Assembly: GCA_025594325.1 (NCBI GenBank)
Contig: JANHCV010000001.1
Coordinates: 5,078,961 to 5,142,960, forward strand
Direction: 5' to 3'
From: Blastocladiella emersonii ATCC 22665
Taxonomy: Eukaryota; Fungi; Blastocladiomycota
Length of the DNA stretch: 64,000 nucleotides
Shown here: positions 33,405-47,270 of the stretch, piece by piece
How positions within the stretch are numbered: position 1 is the first letter of the stretch
Layout of the letters: each line of letters starts with the position of its first letter
The notes under the pieces: generated by a model
What the model saw: only the letters and a program-made list of their open reading frames with translations
Told to the model about the DNA's origin: nothing
Databases searched by the model: none
Program-made: the position numbers and the translations under genes

Positions 33405-33808
33405 GATGGAGGGGCAGCGTTCAAAGCGGCTGGTTGGATCGGATCGGATCGCGAGCAGCGCGGAGGTCAGCGACGGCGACTTGGTGCGTTCGTTGCGTAG
33501 TGTTGCGAGCACTCACCTCGGTCCGTCGATGCGTTTTTGATGCGTGGTCGTCGTCGTCGTTGGCGGCGCGGGCTGGCGGGCATGAACGAGTCGCTAAAGA
33601 AAGCGCAGACGCACGGCCAAGTCGATGCGCCTCTGCGTCACCTGCCGTCGCGTGACCCACCTCCACGTCGCCGCTCCGCCTTTCGCGCCGCGCCGTTCTT
33701 CCTCCCTCCCTCCCTCCCTCCCTCCCTCTCCTTGGTAACCTCACGACTCCATGCATCTGACGACCACGCCAGCGTAACACCGCGTGCAACCAACCCGATC
33801 CCAAAAAA

Positions 33809-34231
33809 ATGTCGACGATCCGCCAGTTCGCCCTCGGCACGGTCGGCGGGCTCCTCCTGACCACGAGCGCGTACAACTTTTCGCGCACGTCCATGGAAGC
33901 CGACTTTGACTACCTCAAGCGCAAGATCGACGGCATGTCCGAGCAGCTGCGCATCGCCGCGCGCGCCGGGTCGCCTGCTGCAGGCGCGGGTCACCAGCGC
34001 GCGAGCGCGTTCAGTCTCCAGGAGGTCCGCCTGCTGTCTATCCCTCGCTGTTTGTGCGGCTAGTGGACTCATGGAACCCCGGAAATGTAGCTCGAGTACC
34101 ACTCGCGCGTGCAGGAAGAGTACTCGTCGCTGCGCAGCGGCGTGCCCAAGCCCAACGTGCTCACGTCGTTTGCCGACGCGTGGAACCGCATGATTGTCGG
34201 CACGGGGCAGTCCGTGACGGGCCGCTACTGA
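33809..34231 (+). CDS. Small mitochondrial membrane protein, MICOS Mic12-like (one intron)
   Basis: N-terminal Gly-containing TM segment (FALGTVGGLLLTT), helical middle, C-terminal FADAWNRMI resembling the Mic12 WN motif. Confidence 0.5.
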
Positions 34232-34386
34232 GCGGGCGGGTTGTGGGTGCTAATTTACTAAGTTTTTGGGGTACTCTCGCGCGCGCGATCTCACTCTCTC
34301 AGTCCCAATCAGCAACGCGACGTGGACGGGAACAAAACTAGGATGTACTAGGTGCTGTGCTATACCTCGAACCGCGACGACCCGCG

Positions 34387-36157
34387 CTACATGATGAGCG
34401 CCTCGATATCGGCAATCGACTTGGGCGCCAGCGCCGTGAGGACGTGCGGCCCTGTTGGCGTGACGTGCACGTCGTCCTCGATGCGGATCCCGATCCCGTG
34501 GAACCGCGCGGGCCACCGCGGGTTCGGCGACACGTACACTCCGGGCTCTACACCACCGGTTGTTAGTGAGCTGAACCGCCACACATGCGATATCCCACAT
34601 ACCGATCGTGATCACGTTGCCCGGCTGCAGCGGCTGCGCGCGGGACACGCTGGGCGTGTCGTGCACGTCGGCGCCGAGGTAGTGGCCGAGGTGGTGGTAG
34701 TAGAGCTCGCGCGACACGATCTGGTTGTTGACGTCGAACCCGAGCGACTTGAGCTCGGCCGTCATGAGCGAAATCAACCGGTAGTGCAGGTCGTCGAGCG
34801 ATACGGCCGTCGAGATCATCTACGCGCGCACACAGGCGTGTGAGCAATCGCCGTTGGTCCGTCCGCGAGAACTGCGTACCGAAATGATCTGCTCCTGAAC
34901 ATTCAGCACGGCCTGGTACAGCTCGCGCTGCGGGTCGGTAAACTTCCTCGCGACGGGGAAGGTGCGGGAGATATCGCTCGCGTACCCCGCGTACTGGCAC
35001 CCGGCGTCCACCAGGACCAGCCCGTTATGCGGCAGCGGCATGTCGTTGTTGACGTAGTGCAGAATACACGCGTTGCTCCCGCCCGCAACGACGGGGACGT
35101 ACGCGTGGCCCTTCGCGCCGCGCTGCTTGAACTGCCACTCGAGGTACGCCGCCATGGTGTGCTCGAGGTGCAGCGTGTGCGACCGCGCCATGGTGTCGGC
35201 GAAGGACGCGCCCGAAATGGCGCCCGCGCGCGCCATGACTGCGATCTCGGCAGACGACTTGACGGCGCGCATCGCCTGCACCAGCGGCGACAGGGCGCGC
35301 GTTGGGGCGGCGGGCTGGGTCCCGCCGCTCGTCAGCGCGGTCCGCCACCACGACGCGCTGGCCGCGCCGCCTCGCGTGCCAAGGTCCGTCGAACTCGCGT
35401 GCGACGGATGCAGCTGGTGCGAGAGCAGCGACGTCGGCGGGTCAATGTACAGGACAGCGCCGCTTCCACTCCGCGCGGCGACATCGGCCTGCAGCTGGCG
35501 GAAGTAGCCGCGGAACGCCGTGTTGGGCAGCGCCGTGTCGGCGCCGAACACGGTGCGCGCGGCCTCGACGCCCGTCGCGGGGCCCGACCACCGGACCTCG
35601 TGCGCCGGGCGGTCCTCGACGAACAGCGTCCACCGGTACCCCTTTTGCTCGCGCGGGTCCTTTTCTACGCGTTGGCCGGAGGTTAGCGGTACTGTGAGAG
35701 GGCGCGGGTGGGCATGGGGCGCGGACCGAAGACGGCTACACAGTCCGGCTCGTCGAGACCCGTCATGTAGAAGAAATCCGTGTTCTGCTGAAACTGGTTG
35801 CTACACTCTCAGCGAACAATGAGCTGCAGGTCCAACTACAGCAGGTATCTCACACGCGTACAAGATCTTTTGCGTCGCGAACGTCGTCGGGTTCCCGACG
35901 AGCACGGCGGCGGACCCGCTGGGCAGCTGCGCCATGAGCCGCTCGCGGCGCGCCGCGTACTCGGCGGCGGTGATGCCCGGCGTCAGCTCGGCCAGGCTGC
36001 CGAACAGGTGCCCGTGCGTGTGCGCCAGCGGCTGCGTCGCGCGATCCAGCTCGGCGTAGCCGCGGCGAGCAGACCTCAACAGGCGAGACGCCGTGGGCGC
36101 GGCGCGCGTGGCCGACACGGCCAGGGACCGCGCGGCGAGGCGGCTGAAGCGATGCAT
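34387..36157 (-). CDS. ICP55: Mitochondrial Xaa-Pro aminopeptidase P family (Icp55/XPNPEP3), several introns
   Basis: Arg-rich presequence; LVDAGCQY..YASDISRTFP, HHLGHYLGADVHD, GIRIEDDV. Confidence 0.92.
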
Positions 36158-36353
36158 GAAGTTTACGTGAGGCAGGCGCCGCGTGCGTGATGGTCAGAGA
36201 CAGGGGTGACGAAGCGCAGCGGAAGAAGCTGAACGGCGACCCGTGGCCGGCGCCGCGCGTGGGCCAGCTTCTCCTCACCTCGCTCCCCGCGTCTGGTCCT
36301 CGCTCTCTCAACGACCCGCCCTCCCATGAAACTTGATTGACCCATACACGCCG

Positions 36354-37314
36354 ATGCCATTCCGAACTTACTCGCCCGTCGATGCCGGCATGGTGGTCCT
36401 GCCGGCGGCCGCGTACCTGGACCAGTACTGGAAGGTCATGTCGACCAAGTCGCTCGGCAACTTCAACCTCGGGACCAGCGGCCTGCTGATCGTGTGCAAC
36501 CTGCTGCGCATCGCGTACTGGGTGCCCAAGCAGTTCAGCACCGTGCTGCTGACGCAGAGCTGGCTGATGCTCGCGACCCAGCTGATGCTGCTCGAGGGCG
36601 CCGTCCGCATCCGCAACTGGCAGCAGAAGCACGACGCGGCTGCCGCGGCTGCGGCCAACCCCATGTCGCCCGGCGCGGTCATTGCGAAGCCGATCCGGTC
36701 GCCGCGCGTTTACTTTGCCAAGTACGCGGGCGAGAGAGAGCGGGCTGGAGCGAGGCGTCGCGGGACTGACATGTGCAACGCGTCTAGTTTCTGGAACTGG
36801 CCAACGTTCGGCCACTACCTCTTCTTCATCTTCATCCTCGTCGGGCTCCCGCTCCTTCTAATCCCCATCTGCTTCGACGTCGAGCCGTGGTTCTACGAGC
36901 CGCTCGGCGCGCTCGCTCTCGGGTACCCCTCTCCCCCCTCTACACCCCTCCAACGTCCCCAACTCACTCCCATACTCTAGCATCGAGGCCACGGTCCCGA
37001 TGCCGCAGGCCTACTCGAACTGGCGCAACAAGTCGGTCCAGGGCATATCTGCGGTCGTGATTCTGTCCTGGTTTGGAGGCGATCTTTTCAAGATTTTTTA
37101 CTACATCGCGAACGACGCGCCCGCCGCGTTCCTGGCCTGCGGCATCGTCCAGTTCACCGTCGACCTCGTCATCTGCGGCCAGATCGTCACCTACACCAAG
37201 TACCAGCGTGTCGCGGGCAAGGACTCGGCGACGGTCGCGCCCACGGCAGTGGCGGCGCCGGCGAGTCCCAAGTCGCCCGAGTTGGTCCCGCTCGCGAACA
37301 TGGCGTCGCTGTAG
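36354..37314 (+). CDS. PQ-loop repeat membrane protein (Any1/PQLC1-like), two introns; start uncertain
   Basis: DQYWKV...NLLRIAYW...LLTQS..M, then MPQAYSNWRNKSVQGIS....WF.GDLFK.FYY...AP..FL.C. Confidence 0.8.
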
Positions 37315-37399
37315 TCCAGGGAGCGTGTGTATACAACAGTCGTGTTTTGTTGCGCAATGTAAGCAAACTGTATTCATCTCACACCCCATCGTGTCCGCA

Positions 37400-40140
37400 T
37401 CAATCCGTCTCCATCGCATCCCCGCCCGCCGCGGCGCCGGCTCCCGCACCGGCACCCGCGAACTCGACCCCAGCACCGAGCCGGCGCACCATGTTGGTCC
37501 GCTTATCGTAGTGGAGGAACCCGTCGTTAGCGAGCTCGTTCACCACCGCGTCGAGCTCTTCGCAGGACACGGTGGCGGCAGACTGCTTCTTGATCTCGGC
37601 GAGGAGGACGGGGAACGGGGTCTTGTTGGACTCGCGGTTGGCGAGCCACGCGCGGACCGCGGCCTTGAGCTGCTGGAGCGCCTGGAGCTGGAGCTTGGAG
37701 CTGCCGGTGGCGAGGAGGTCGAGGTCAATGCGGCCCGTCTTGGGGTCCGTGGCGCCCTGCTTGATGGCCTCGCGGAGGAGGCGCGCGGCCTCGTTGACGT
37801 CGTCGATATCGACGATATCCGACAGGCGCATCTTGGCGTGGGCCTCGGCGAGGCGGATCATGGACTCGAGCTGGCGCGTCGTGGCGGTGACGGTGCGCGT
37901 GGACCCGGTGCCGTGCGCGGACCCGAGCGAGCGCATCTCGACGTAGACGCGGACAAGCTCGTTGGCGGCCTCGTCCGTGAGGTGCGGCTGCCCGTGCATC
38001 TTCTTGGCGTACGAAATGTACTTGGTGAGCAGCTTGGGCGGGCAGTAGTCGACGGACGCGTCGATCCCGCCCGTCGCGTTCTCGGGGCGGTCCTCCATGT
38101 ACAGGCTGACGAGGTGGCGCGCGAGGCGGCGGTCGTACGCCTCGTCGGGGAGGTCGAGGATCACGAACAGCAGGTCGAACCGCGACAGCAGCGAGGGGAC
38201 CAGGTTGATGTTCTCGACGAGCGACAGACCCAAATCGAACTTGGACTTGATCGGGTTGGCCGACGCCAGGATCGACGTGCGCGCGTTGAGCGTGGTGATG
38301 ATCCCGGCCTTGGCGATCGAGATGGTCTGCTGCTCCATGACCTCGTGCAAGATGGCGCGCGTCGAGTCCGACATCTTGTCAAACTCGTCGATGCAGCACA
38401 CGCCGCCGTCCGACAGCACGAGCGCGCCCGACTCGAGGACCAGCGCGTTGGTGTCCGGGTCGCGCACGACCGACGCCGTGAGACCGACCGCGCTGCTGCC
38501 CTTGCCCGACGTGTAGATGCCGCGCGGGCTGATCTTGTGCACGTACTGCAGCAGCTGCGACTTGGCGACACCGGGGTCGCCGACCAGGAGCACGTTGATG
38601 TCGCCGCGGTACCGCGCGTTGCCCGCGGTCTTGTGGTGCCCGCCGAACAGCTGCAGCAGGACGCCGCGCTTGGCGTCGTCCATCTCGTAAATCGACGGCG
38701 CAATCGACCGCGCCAGGTACGCGTACGCGTCGGGCCGCTGGCTGATGGCGATGATCTCGGCAATGTCGCGGTCCGTAATGTGCGTGTCGCCCTCGTCGTT
38801 GGCGGTGGCGCGCGGCGGGAGGAACTCGTTGGTCTCGACGGCCGACTCGTCCTTGGCGATGCGGTTCGGGTCGACGAGGCGGAAGTGGACCACGTCGATG
38901 AAGGTGCGGAACACGGGCTGGATGGTGCGCATGCGCGAGTTGATGCGCACGGGGACCGACCGGTACACGCCCGTGACGGCGATGCGGTCGCCGGGCTTGA
39001 CGGCGTCGACCAGGTCGTTGTAGATGTTGAGCGTGACCGTGTAGGGCGTCTGGCCGTCCGGGATCATGTCGGGGGTCTCCTGCAGCTTGGCGACCTGCTT
39101 GCTGCCAAACTGGCACCGGTTGTGGTAGAGCTGCATGGTGTTGAGGGCGTTGCACTCGGCGTTCGGGCACCGCGCGGGCTCCTCGAGGCGGCCGCGCTCG
39201 ATCTCGACCTCGGCCGTCTCGTCGCACACGAGGCACTTGAAGAAGCCGACGAGCGGTTCGGGGATGACGGGGGTGGACCGGATGAGCAGACCCTTGATGG
39301 TGACGAGGCGGTCAATGTCGCACGGGTTGAGCTCGCGCAGGTTGATGGACTCTTGGAGGTTGAAGGGGTGGACGGTCAGGAGGGCGACCTGGGCCGCGTC
39401 CTCGGGCACGCCCGTGATCTCGCAGTAGAGGTCGGTGACGGCGTTGCCCATGAGGCCGAGCATCTCGTGCGGGTACTTGATGAGCTGGTCGTACAGCTTG
39501 CGCGCGGGCGTGTAGGCGAGCAGGTGCGTGCAGTCGAGGTTCATGGCCGTGGCGTCGGACGCGTGCATCAGCCGCAGGTGCTCCGGGTAGTAGGGGTCGA
39601 GGTCCGACTCGACGAGGCTGAGCGCGTCGTTGTTGATCTCGGACACGTCCACGCCCAGGTCGCGCGCCAGCGCCGCCTTGAGCGAGTGCATGTGGCAGTA
39701 CGACACCAGAAAGTCGCGGAACATGGCCATGCTCTCGGCAATGTTCACCCGCGTGCCCCAGATGAACCGGCCCGTCTCGGCCGGGTCGACGATCGGTGCA
39801 CCGTCCTCGCCCATCTCCGCGGGCGGCGGCGGCGGCGCGTCGCCGAGTGGGCCGCGGGCCCATGCGCGGAGCGCCTCGCGGGAGCTATACACAAGGCGGT
39901 CGGTTAGGCGTCGCAACGCGCAAATGTCGTATATAAGGCGTACACGGTGCGCTGGGTCCCACGACGACCGGGCGACCGCGATCCGAGGTTCGACCAGTGC
40001 GCCTGCGACGAGCCGAGCGACGACGACGGGAACGCGTGCAGCGGGGTCTGCGAGCCGCGCGGCGACGCCGGCAGCCCGCTCGACCGCGGCTCCGGGTCCG
40101 GGTCCGACCACGATGGCAGGCGGATCGGGGAGGATGACAT
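37400..40140 (-). CDS. MCM4: DNA replication licensing factor MCM4 (one intron near 39890-39946)
   Basis: GDPGVAKSQLLQYVHK, GVCCIDEFDKM, SLLSRFD, TDPKTGRIDLDLL, zinc finger CLVC...CPNAEC; SP-rich N-terminus. Confidence 0.96.
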
Positions 40141-40398
40141 GGCTATTTCGTCCGTGTGCAAGGCTTGATGCGTAGCAGATTCGTGACGGGTGCGTGGGGA
40201 AGAGAGAGGGGCGACGGAGAGCGAGCGAGACGGCCGACGCGAACCGCTCCTGTGAGATCCGGCCGTCACCTGATGCGCGCGCCACGCCCGTCGCCGCACC
40301 GATCGACGCGCCTGCCCAACTTCAACGTTCCTCCCCTCCTCACCCCCGCTCACCTCTCATCGCAGCCCGCATGGAGGGCACATGAAGCAAGACAGCAC

Positions 40399-43297
40399 AT
40401 GAAACTCTCCGCTGCCGCCGCTGCCCGCGCCCTGACCCGCTCCGCGCACCGCTCGCTGATTGCTGCCGCACCGAGCGCGGGACCCCGCCGCGCGACCTTC
40501 TTCTCGGTGGCCCGCATGAGCACGCCCGTCCCGCCGGCCCTCAACCCTGCGACCGAGCCGCTGCCGTGGGGCGACGCGCGCACCGACCCGCTGCAGTACC
40601 TGCGCAACGACGACAAGGTGCTCTCGCGCTCGCGCTGGGCCGCTACCTCGGTGTCATCAGCTCACCCTCTCGACTTTGGCGTGCTAGACTCTCAACGATT
40701 ACCTCGCTGCTGAGAATAAGTGAGTCCCGTGATCATGCTGCTCGTGCTCACGGATCGTGTCTGACCTCCATCGCTCGCCGTCCAGTGCAGCCGAGGCCTA
40801 CTACAAGAGGAACCGCGGCCTGCTCAAGCCGTTCCGGAGGGTACGCGTGCTCGATCGCTCGCTCCGCGCGTTTCTCGGACTGACACGGTCGCGACCAACT
40901 AGGACCTCGAATCGTTTCTCCGCGTCGAGAAGATCGCGCCTAGCGTCCCCGACCTCGTCGACGGGTGGCAGTACTGGAACGAGACCACGCACGAGGGCAT
41001 CCAGTACTGGCGCCGGCACTCGGACGCACAGCCGACGCGCTCGTACGGCGCTGCGTCCGACCGCGAGCTCGTCCTCGACACCTCGGTCATCCCGGGCTCC
41101 ATCAAGAAGCTCGGCCTGAGCCCGTCGCACGGCCTCATCGGCTACCTCGTCGAGCAGCCCGGCGCCGAGTTTGGCACCCTGCACTTCCGCCGCCTCCACG
41201 CACCGTGCGACTCGGCCGAGTTTGACGTGGTCCCCGTCGGCGCCACCGCAGCGCTCAACGGGCTCCGCGCCTTCAGCTTCGAGTTTGTCTCCGACTCGAT
41301 TATCGTCTACACGGTGTGCAACGACCAGCTGCGCCCCGACCGCGTCTTTGTCGGAGACTGGCGCCAGCCCGCCAATACCCACACGCTGCTGCTCGAGGAC
41401 GATCTCGGGTTCATTGATCTCGGCAAGACCAAGGACAAGGTACGCTTGGCGACGATTAGACGCGTACAGCACCCCATTCTGACCACGTTTCCCGCCCATA
41501 GCGCTTCGTCACGATCAACATCAACACGCTCGAGTCGTCCGAGGTCCACGTCTACCCCGTCGACGGGTCCGCGGCCACGCCGATCCTCGTCAGCGAGCTC
41601 GAGGACGGCGTCCAGTACTTTGTCGACCACCACGGCGACCAGTTCTTCATCCTCACCAACGCCGACGGCGCGCAGGACTTCAAGCTCGTCACCGCGCCCA
41701 CCGCCACCCCCGGCCGCGCCCACTGGTCCGACTTCCACGTGCCCGCGCCCGGCGACAAGATTGAGGACGTGGACCTGTTCGCCGAGCACGTCGTCCTGTA
41801 CATGAAGCGCCAGGGCGAGTCGGTCGTCGAGGTCATTGACACGACCGCCACCGACGCCGAGGAGGCCGCGGCGCGCCAGATGCCCGCAGTGCACCAGGTC
41901 CCGCTGCCCAAGGGAGGTGCCGCGGTCCCGGGCATCAACCTCGACTACCACGCCGACACGTTCCGCATGACGATCCAGCACCCGTTCGCGTACGACGCCA
42001 TCGTTGACTACAATATGAAGTCGCGCCGCGTCCTGCCGCGCCGGCTGCAGCCCGTTCCCGTGTCCGGTACGATCGCTTCTCGCACGCTCCTGTAGATCCG
42101 ACTCACTTCATTCGCGTCGTGTAGCCTTCAACGCGGCCAACTACGACGTGACACGCATCTGGGTGACGTCGCGCGACGAGTCGGCGCGGATCCCCGTCAC
42201 CCTCCTGCACCGCCGCGGCATGGAGCTTAACGGGAGCAACCCGGTCTCGCTGCGCGCGTACGGCGCTTACGGATTGTGCATCGACCCGACGCTGCGGCTC
42301 GACGTGCTCTCGCTCGTCAAGCGCGGGTGGATTGTCGCGATCGCGCACGTTCGGTACGCGGTTTCCGCTTGGATAGCATCGATCGAGCGGTTGGTTCTGA
42401 CTCCTGCTGTAGCGGAGGCTCGGAGATGGGCCGCGCGTGGTACTCGGACGGCAAGCTGGTCAACAAGCGCAACTCGTTCTACGACGTGATCGACGTCGCC
42501 GAGCACCTGTGCACCATCGGCATGTCGCGGCCCGAGCTCATGACCGCGACCGGGTTCTCGGCGGGCGGGCTCACCATTGGTACGTCCGATCGGCTCGGAT
42601 ATTCAAGAAACGGTGACTGACGCGACACAACGAACAACGCGTAGCTGCGGCGGCCATGTACCGCCCCGACCTGTTCCGCGCCCTCGTCCTCCACTCGCCG
42701 TTCGTGGACGTGCTCGGCAGCATGATGGATGAGTCGCTCCCGCTTACGCAGGGCGAGTTTGCCGAGTGGTACGCTTCTTGCTGCTGGCGAAGCGGTTTAC
42801 CAAGCTCACTCGGCGCGCGTTTCTGTAGGGGCAACCCGCTCGCGTCCAAGGCGTACTACGACCTCATGTCCGACTACTCGCCGTACGACCAGGTCCTCCG
42901 CCACCTGGCCGCGACCAACCACCAGCCCGAGCCCGACTCCGAACCCACCACCACCACCACCTCGACCCTGACGCGTCTCCCGTCGCTCCTCGTCACCGCC
43001 GGCAAGCGTGACCAGCGCACGCCCGTGTGGCAGACGGCCAAGTTCGTCGCGCTGTACCGTCACCTTGCCGAGTCGATCGCGCGCAAACACAGCTCAAGCA
43101 CGTGCGAGGACGTGGTCTTCTCGATCAACGACGACGGCAGCCACTTTGGCGACGTGGACGCCGGCCAGGTCGGGCGTGTCGAGGAGATGGCGCGCGAGGT
43201 CACCTTCTTGAACCGCCAGGTCGAGGATAACTGGCGGTTCGGCGGACAGGGGCCCGCGGATCAGGGGTTTGTCGGACGGTTGATCTCAAAGTTGTAG
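40399..43297 (+). CDS. Oligopeptidase B / prolyl oligopeptidase family S9A with mitochondrial-type presequence, several introns
   Basis: DPLQYLR, YGAYG, AIAHVR, GFSAGG (catalytic Ser), PFVDVL..M.D.SLPLT.GEF.EW, DQRTP, SHFG. Confidence 0.9.
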
Positions 43298-43653
43298 ATG
43301 GTATTGTTCATAGATCGCGTTCTTAGTGATGCTTCGGCCATGAGGACTCGCCCTGCCCCGCTCACAGCGATGTCCGTGCGTGGACCGAGGGACTCGAGGA
43401 TCGGCAGCTTGGCTGAGCCACCTGGTGGTGGGTCGGTCGGTCCGGTGCCGCTGAGCCACAGGAGTACGGATCAGGGTACCTCATCAGCGAGTCCATCACG
43501 GCGCGACGCGACTGACGCGAGGCCGCGTCGCGCACATGGGCCACCCGCCGACTTGACTTGCCCGTTTCGGCAGTCGGTCCTCGCTCGCGCCACCACACAG
43601 ATGGTCGACCCCGAAGAACGACTCCATCGCGCTTGGATGACAACGTCACCGCC

Positions 43654-46600
43654 ATGGAACTAGATGCAACGCTCAGGCCGTACCAGGCGGACCTCGTCCA
43701 GCGCGCGCTGCGCGACGGCAACTATATCGTGTGCCTGCCGACCGGTACAGCTAATGGCCCTCGGTCCTCGACGCGATGCACCGCCTAACGCTCGCCGCCG
43801 TCAACGTGCAGGCATGGGCAAGACGCACATCGCGTTCGAGATCTTCTACCAGCTGCGCGCGAAGCGGGAGCGGCACGGCGTGACGGTGCTCTTCGCGTGC
43901 ACCGAGGCGCTGTGCAAGCAGCTCCTCGGCGAGTTCCGCTCGCTCGCCGACGAGCGCGGCCTCGCGCTCCGCCCACTTATCCTCGCCGGGCAACGCAAGG
44001 GCAGCAACGCCGACTTCGCCAAGCTGGACCTGCTCGTCACGACGCCCGGCAAGTTTCTCGCGATGCTGGGCAAGGATGGGTTCCTCGAGATCGGCGATCT
44101 TGCGCTCGCCATCTTCGACGAGGTGCACAACGGGATCAAGGACCACCCGTACGTCGCCATCGCCGGCCTCCTGCGCGACCACAACGAGGCCGCGCGCGCG
44201 GCCGCGGGCGCCGGGTCCGGCTTACACCCCGTCAAGCTGCTCGGGCTTACCGGCACGCCCGTCAAGTTGCAGCAGAGCACCTCGGTCCATCCGGGAATCG
44301 TCAAGATGATGCTCGGCAACCTGTTCAAGACGTTCGACAACGCCCAGCTGCTCATGGTCGACCCCAACGCCGATGCCGGCGGCCAGGACGCCGGCGTGGT
44401 CGAGAGCTACGAGGAGTTCCAGCCCAAGATCCGCACCGAGTCAGTCACGTTCCTGCCGACGTTCGACGACCCGGACCAGCTCGAGATCACGCAGGTCGTG
44501 TGGGCGCCCGTCCACGCCGCGCTGCGCCGCATCCACACGGCGCACCCGGCGCTGCTCGAGGACCCGGTCCGCATCTACACGCGCACGCCCAGCCGCCGCG
44601 ACGACGTCTTCTTCCCGCGCACCTTCTCCGCGGCGCACCTCGCCGACTTTGGCACGCTCGGCGTGTACCAGATCCAGAGCACGATCGAAAGCGTTGCTGC
44701 CAACTTCCGCAAGCCGCTGTCGCGGCGCAGCAAGCAGGCGTTGGCGTGCGACATGTTCGACGCGCTGACGACGGAGCAGCAGGAGCAGATCGCGCGGGAC
44801 CTCGTGGACGCGTCGTGGCACGCGTATGCCGCGGTGCTGCAGCAGTGGGTCGGCGGGCTCGCGGTCGTCGACTGCGTCAAGCACAACCGCGACTTTTTCG
44901 GCCGCTCGAACCCGGCGCTGCTGCCCGCGGTCGAGAAGCTCGTCAACGACGCGACGCGTCTCTCGCCGCGCATGCGCAAGATCATCGAGCTGCTCGACGC
45001 CGAACTCGCTGGCGCCCACGGCACCGACTGTGGTATCGTGTTCATCAACAACGTCGAGGAGGCGTTCTGGGTGTCGTACTGCATCCACGCGCACTCGCCG
45101 TACACGTCGGGCGTCCTGATCAGCGGCAATCGCTCGACGGGCAAGGTCACGGCCACCCTCCCGCCCGACGTCGCGGCTCGACTCTGCAACGGCAAGGCGC
45201 TCAGCAAGTTCGAGAAGGGCGAGCTCCGCGTCCTCGTGTGCACCTCGGTCGCCGAGGAGGGGATCGACGTGCAGGCGTGCCGCGTCGTCATCAACATGAC
45301 GACGGCGGCCATCAACCCGAACCGCCTCATCCAGGCCCGCGGACGCGCGCGCAAGGAGGGCGGCGTCATGTACATGCTGTGCGCGTCGGACCGCGACCAC
45401 GCGCGCGTGGTCAAGGCGTCGCGCAGCAGCGAGATCGCGGCGCGGTCGACCGCCGAGTCCGCGAGCACGGGCGCGTCGGTCGATCTCGATGCGGGCTGGC
45501 GCGACGACAGGCGGCACGGGTCGGCACCGACGCCCACGCCTCGCACGCCGGCGGATTCGTCGCGGCACACGGCCAGCGCGTCGCCAACTTCGAGCTGGTG
45601 GGAGCCCATGCCCATGACACCGCCGACCTCGCCGTCGCCGCCGTCCCTCGTGATGCGTCGAACGGCATCGCCGATGCGCTCCAACTCGGTCTCGGACCTC
45701 ACGGCGTTCATCGGGTCGCAGCTCGTGTCCTCGATCCGCGACCTGGAGCTCAGCCTGCCGTACAGCCGCGGCGGGTCGTCGTCGCCAAGTCCATCCTCCT
45801 CGCCTACTCCCTCGCGCGCCTCGTCCACACTCCCGTTGGCGAGCACGCCGATCGTTCCGACATCTCGCACCAGCGAGGTTACGGCGTGGTCGACCACCGA
45901 GCCGGCGAGCACGGACACGCCAGCCGACGTCGACGCCGCGGGCCTGCGCGATGGCGTGCGGGACGGGTCCATGTTACTTTCGTCGCCGGCTTCCGTTTCG
46001 CCGCCTGCGGTGCGGCGTGCGGCGTCGCCGGCGCGTACCGACTCGGCCTCGGTAACCTCGCTGCCCGTCGACAAGCGTGACGCCTCGCCGACCCGCTTCG
46101 CGCCTCGGTTGCCGCACGGCCACGACGATGACGCGCGTTCGGACTCCGCGTCGCCTTCCTCCTCTGCGCCAACAACCGCACCGCCATCCCTTACTCGCAC
46201 CCCGACTCTCACTTCTGCGCCTGTCGTCGCGCCCGTCTCTACGACCAACGACGCGCCGCTCATGCTTCCCGTGCGGAATCCTCCGCCTTCGTCGTTTGCG
46301 CCTCGTCACGATCTGCCCGCAGCGAATCCACGCGTCGCGCGGGCGCTCAGCGACCACGACATCTCGCCGCTCCTACCGCTCCCCACCGCCGCCTCGCCGC
46401 GCATCCCGGACTCGGTCGCGGCTACCCATGCTGCGGCGGTCACGGCTGTGTTCACAACTGTCGCGCCTGTCGCTCTGGCTTTAAGCGAACGCGACCTTCC
46501 TCCACCCCCACCGCTCCCCGCGACCACAACACCACCGCCTTCGTCGTTTGCGCTTCCTCGTGATCTCTCCGCAGCTACCGTACGCGTCGCGCGGGCGCTC

Positions 46601-47170
46601 AGCGAGCACAATCTCCCGCCACCTCCCTCGCTCCCCGTCGCCGAAGCGCCGCCGCCTTCGCCGTTTCCGCTTCCTCGTGATCCCCCCGCAGCCACCGCAC
46701 TCGTCGCGGAGGCGCTAATTGACCACGACCTCCCGCCACCCCCACCGCTCCCTGCTGCCGCCGCACCGCCGCGCGTCCCGGTCTCGGTCGCGGTCGCGGT
46801 CCCGGTCTCGGTCGCGGTCCCGGCTACCACGCTGCCGCTGAAGATCCCGCGCACAATTGCGGACGCCAAGGGCCGCGTCATGAACCTGCTCACCACGCAC
46901 GGCGGCCTCGCCGGCACGTCCGAGCTGTCGCGCTGGTTCGTGGAGCGGCCGCTCGGCGACGCGGACGGGAGGCCGCCGCTGTTCCACTGCCAGGTGCGCG
47001 TCACGTTCCCGCCGCAGTTGCTCAAGCTGCTCGCGTCGGTCGCGGGCGACCGGACGCGGATCGACAGCAAGGCGGACTGGGTCGCGGGCAAGAAGGCGGC
47101 GGCGCAGGCGGCGTGGAATGACGTTTGGAAGCAGTTGGCCGAGATGGGTGCTGTGGTCATAGATGGATAG
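43654..47170 (+). CDS. Dicer/RIG-I-like DExD/H helicase with C-terminal dsRBD/DUF283-like domain, paralog 1, about 1149 aa (intron 43745-43811)
   Basis: LRPYQ, LPTG|MGKT, DEVH, GLTGTP, GIVFINN, TSVAEEGIDVQAC, IQARGRAR; S/P-rich linker; C-terminal FHCQVRVTFP...KKAAAQAAW...QLAEMG. Confidence 0.85.
46280..46753 (+). repeat. Imperfect intragenic repeat (three ~35-aa units plus one partial) in the helicase 1 linker
   Basis: PPPSSFAPRHDLPAANPRVARALSDHDISPLLPLP / PPPSSFALPRDLSAATVRVARALSEHNLPPPPSLP / PPPSPFPLPRDPPAATALVAEALIDHDLPPPPPLP. Confidence 0.85.
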
Positions 47171-47200
47171 TTGAGAGTGTATGTACAAGAGAGTATTGTG

Positions 47201-47270
47201 TTTGTACAGGGTGTCTGCCGACGCGAAGGCGATCAGACGCGCTGATCAAACGTCTGATCAGCGACGCGTC
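47201..47270 (+). promoter_or_regulatory. Conserved non-coding block after helicase 1 (TGATCA-N6-TGATCA)
   Basis: Aligns with 50167-50235 after helicase 2; first TGATCA lies 73 and 72 bp after the respective stop codons. Confidence 0.45.

Noticed and set aside
33700-33726. (CCCT)n tract, and (GCCAC)n near 28036-28063
   Set aside because: Simple promoter-proximal microsatellites with no further structure.
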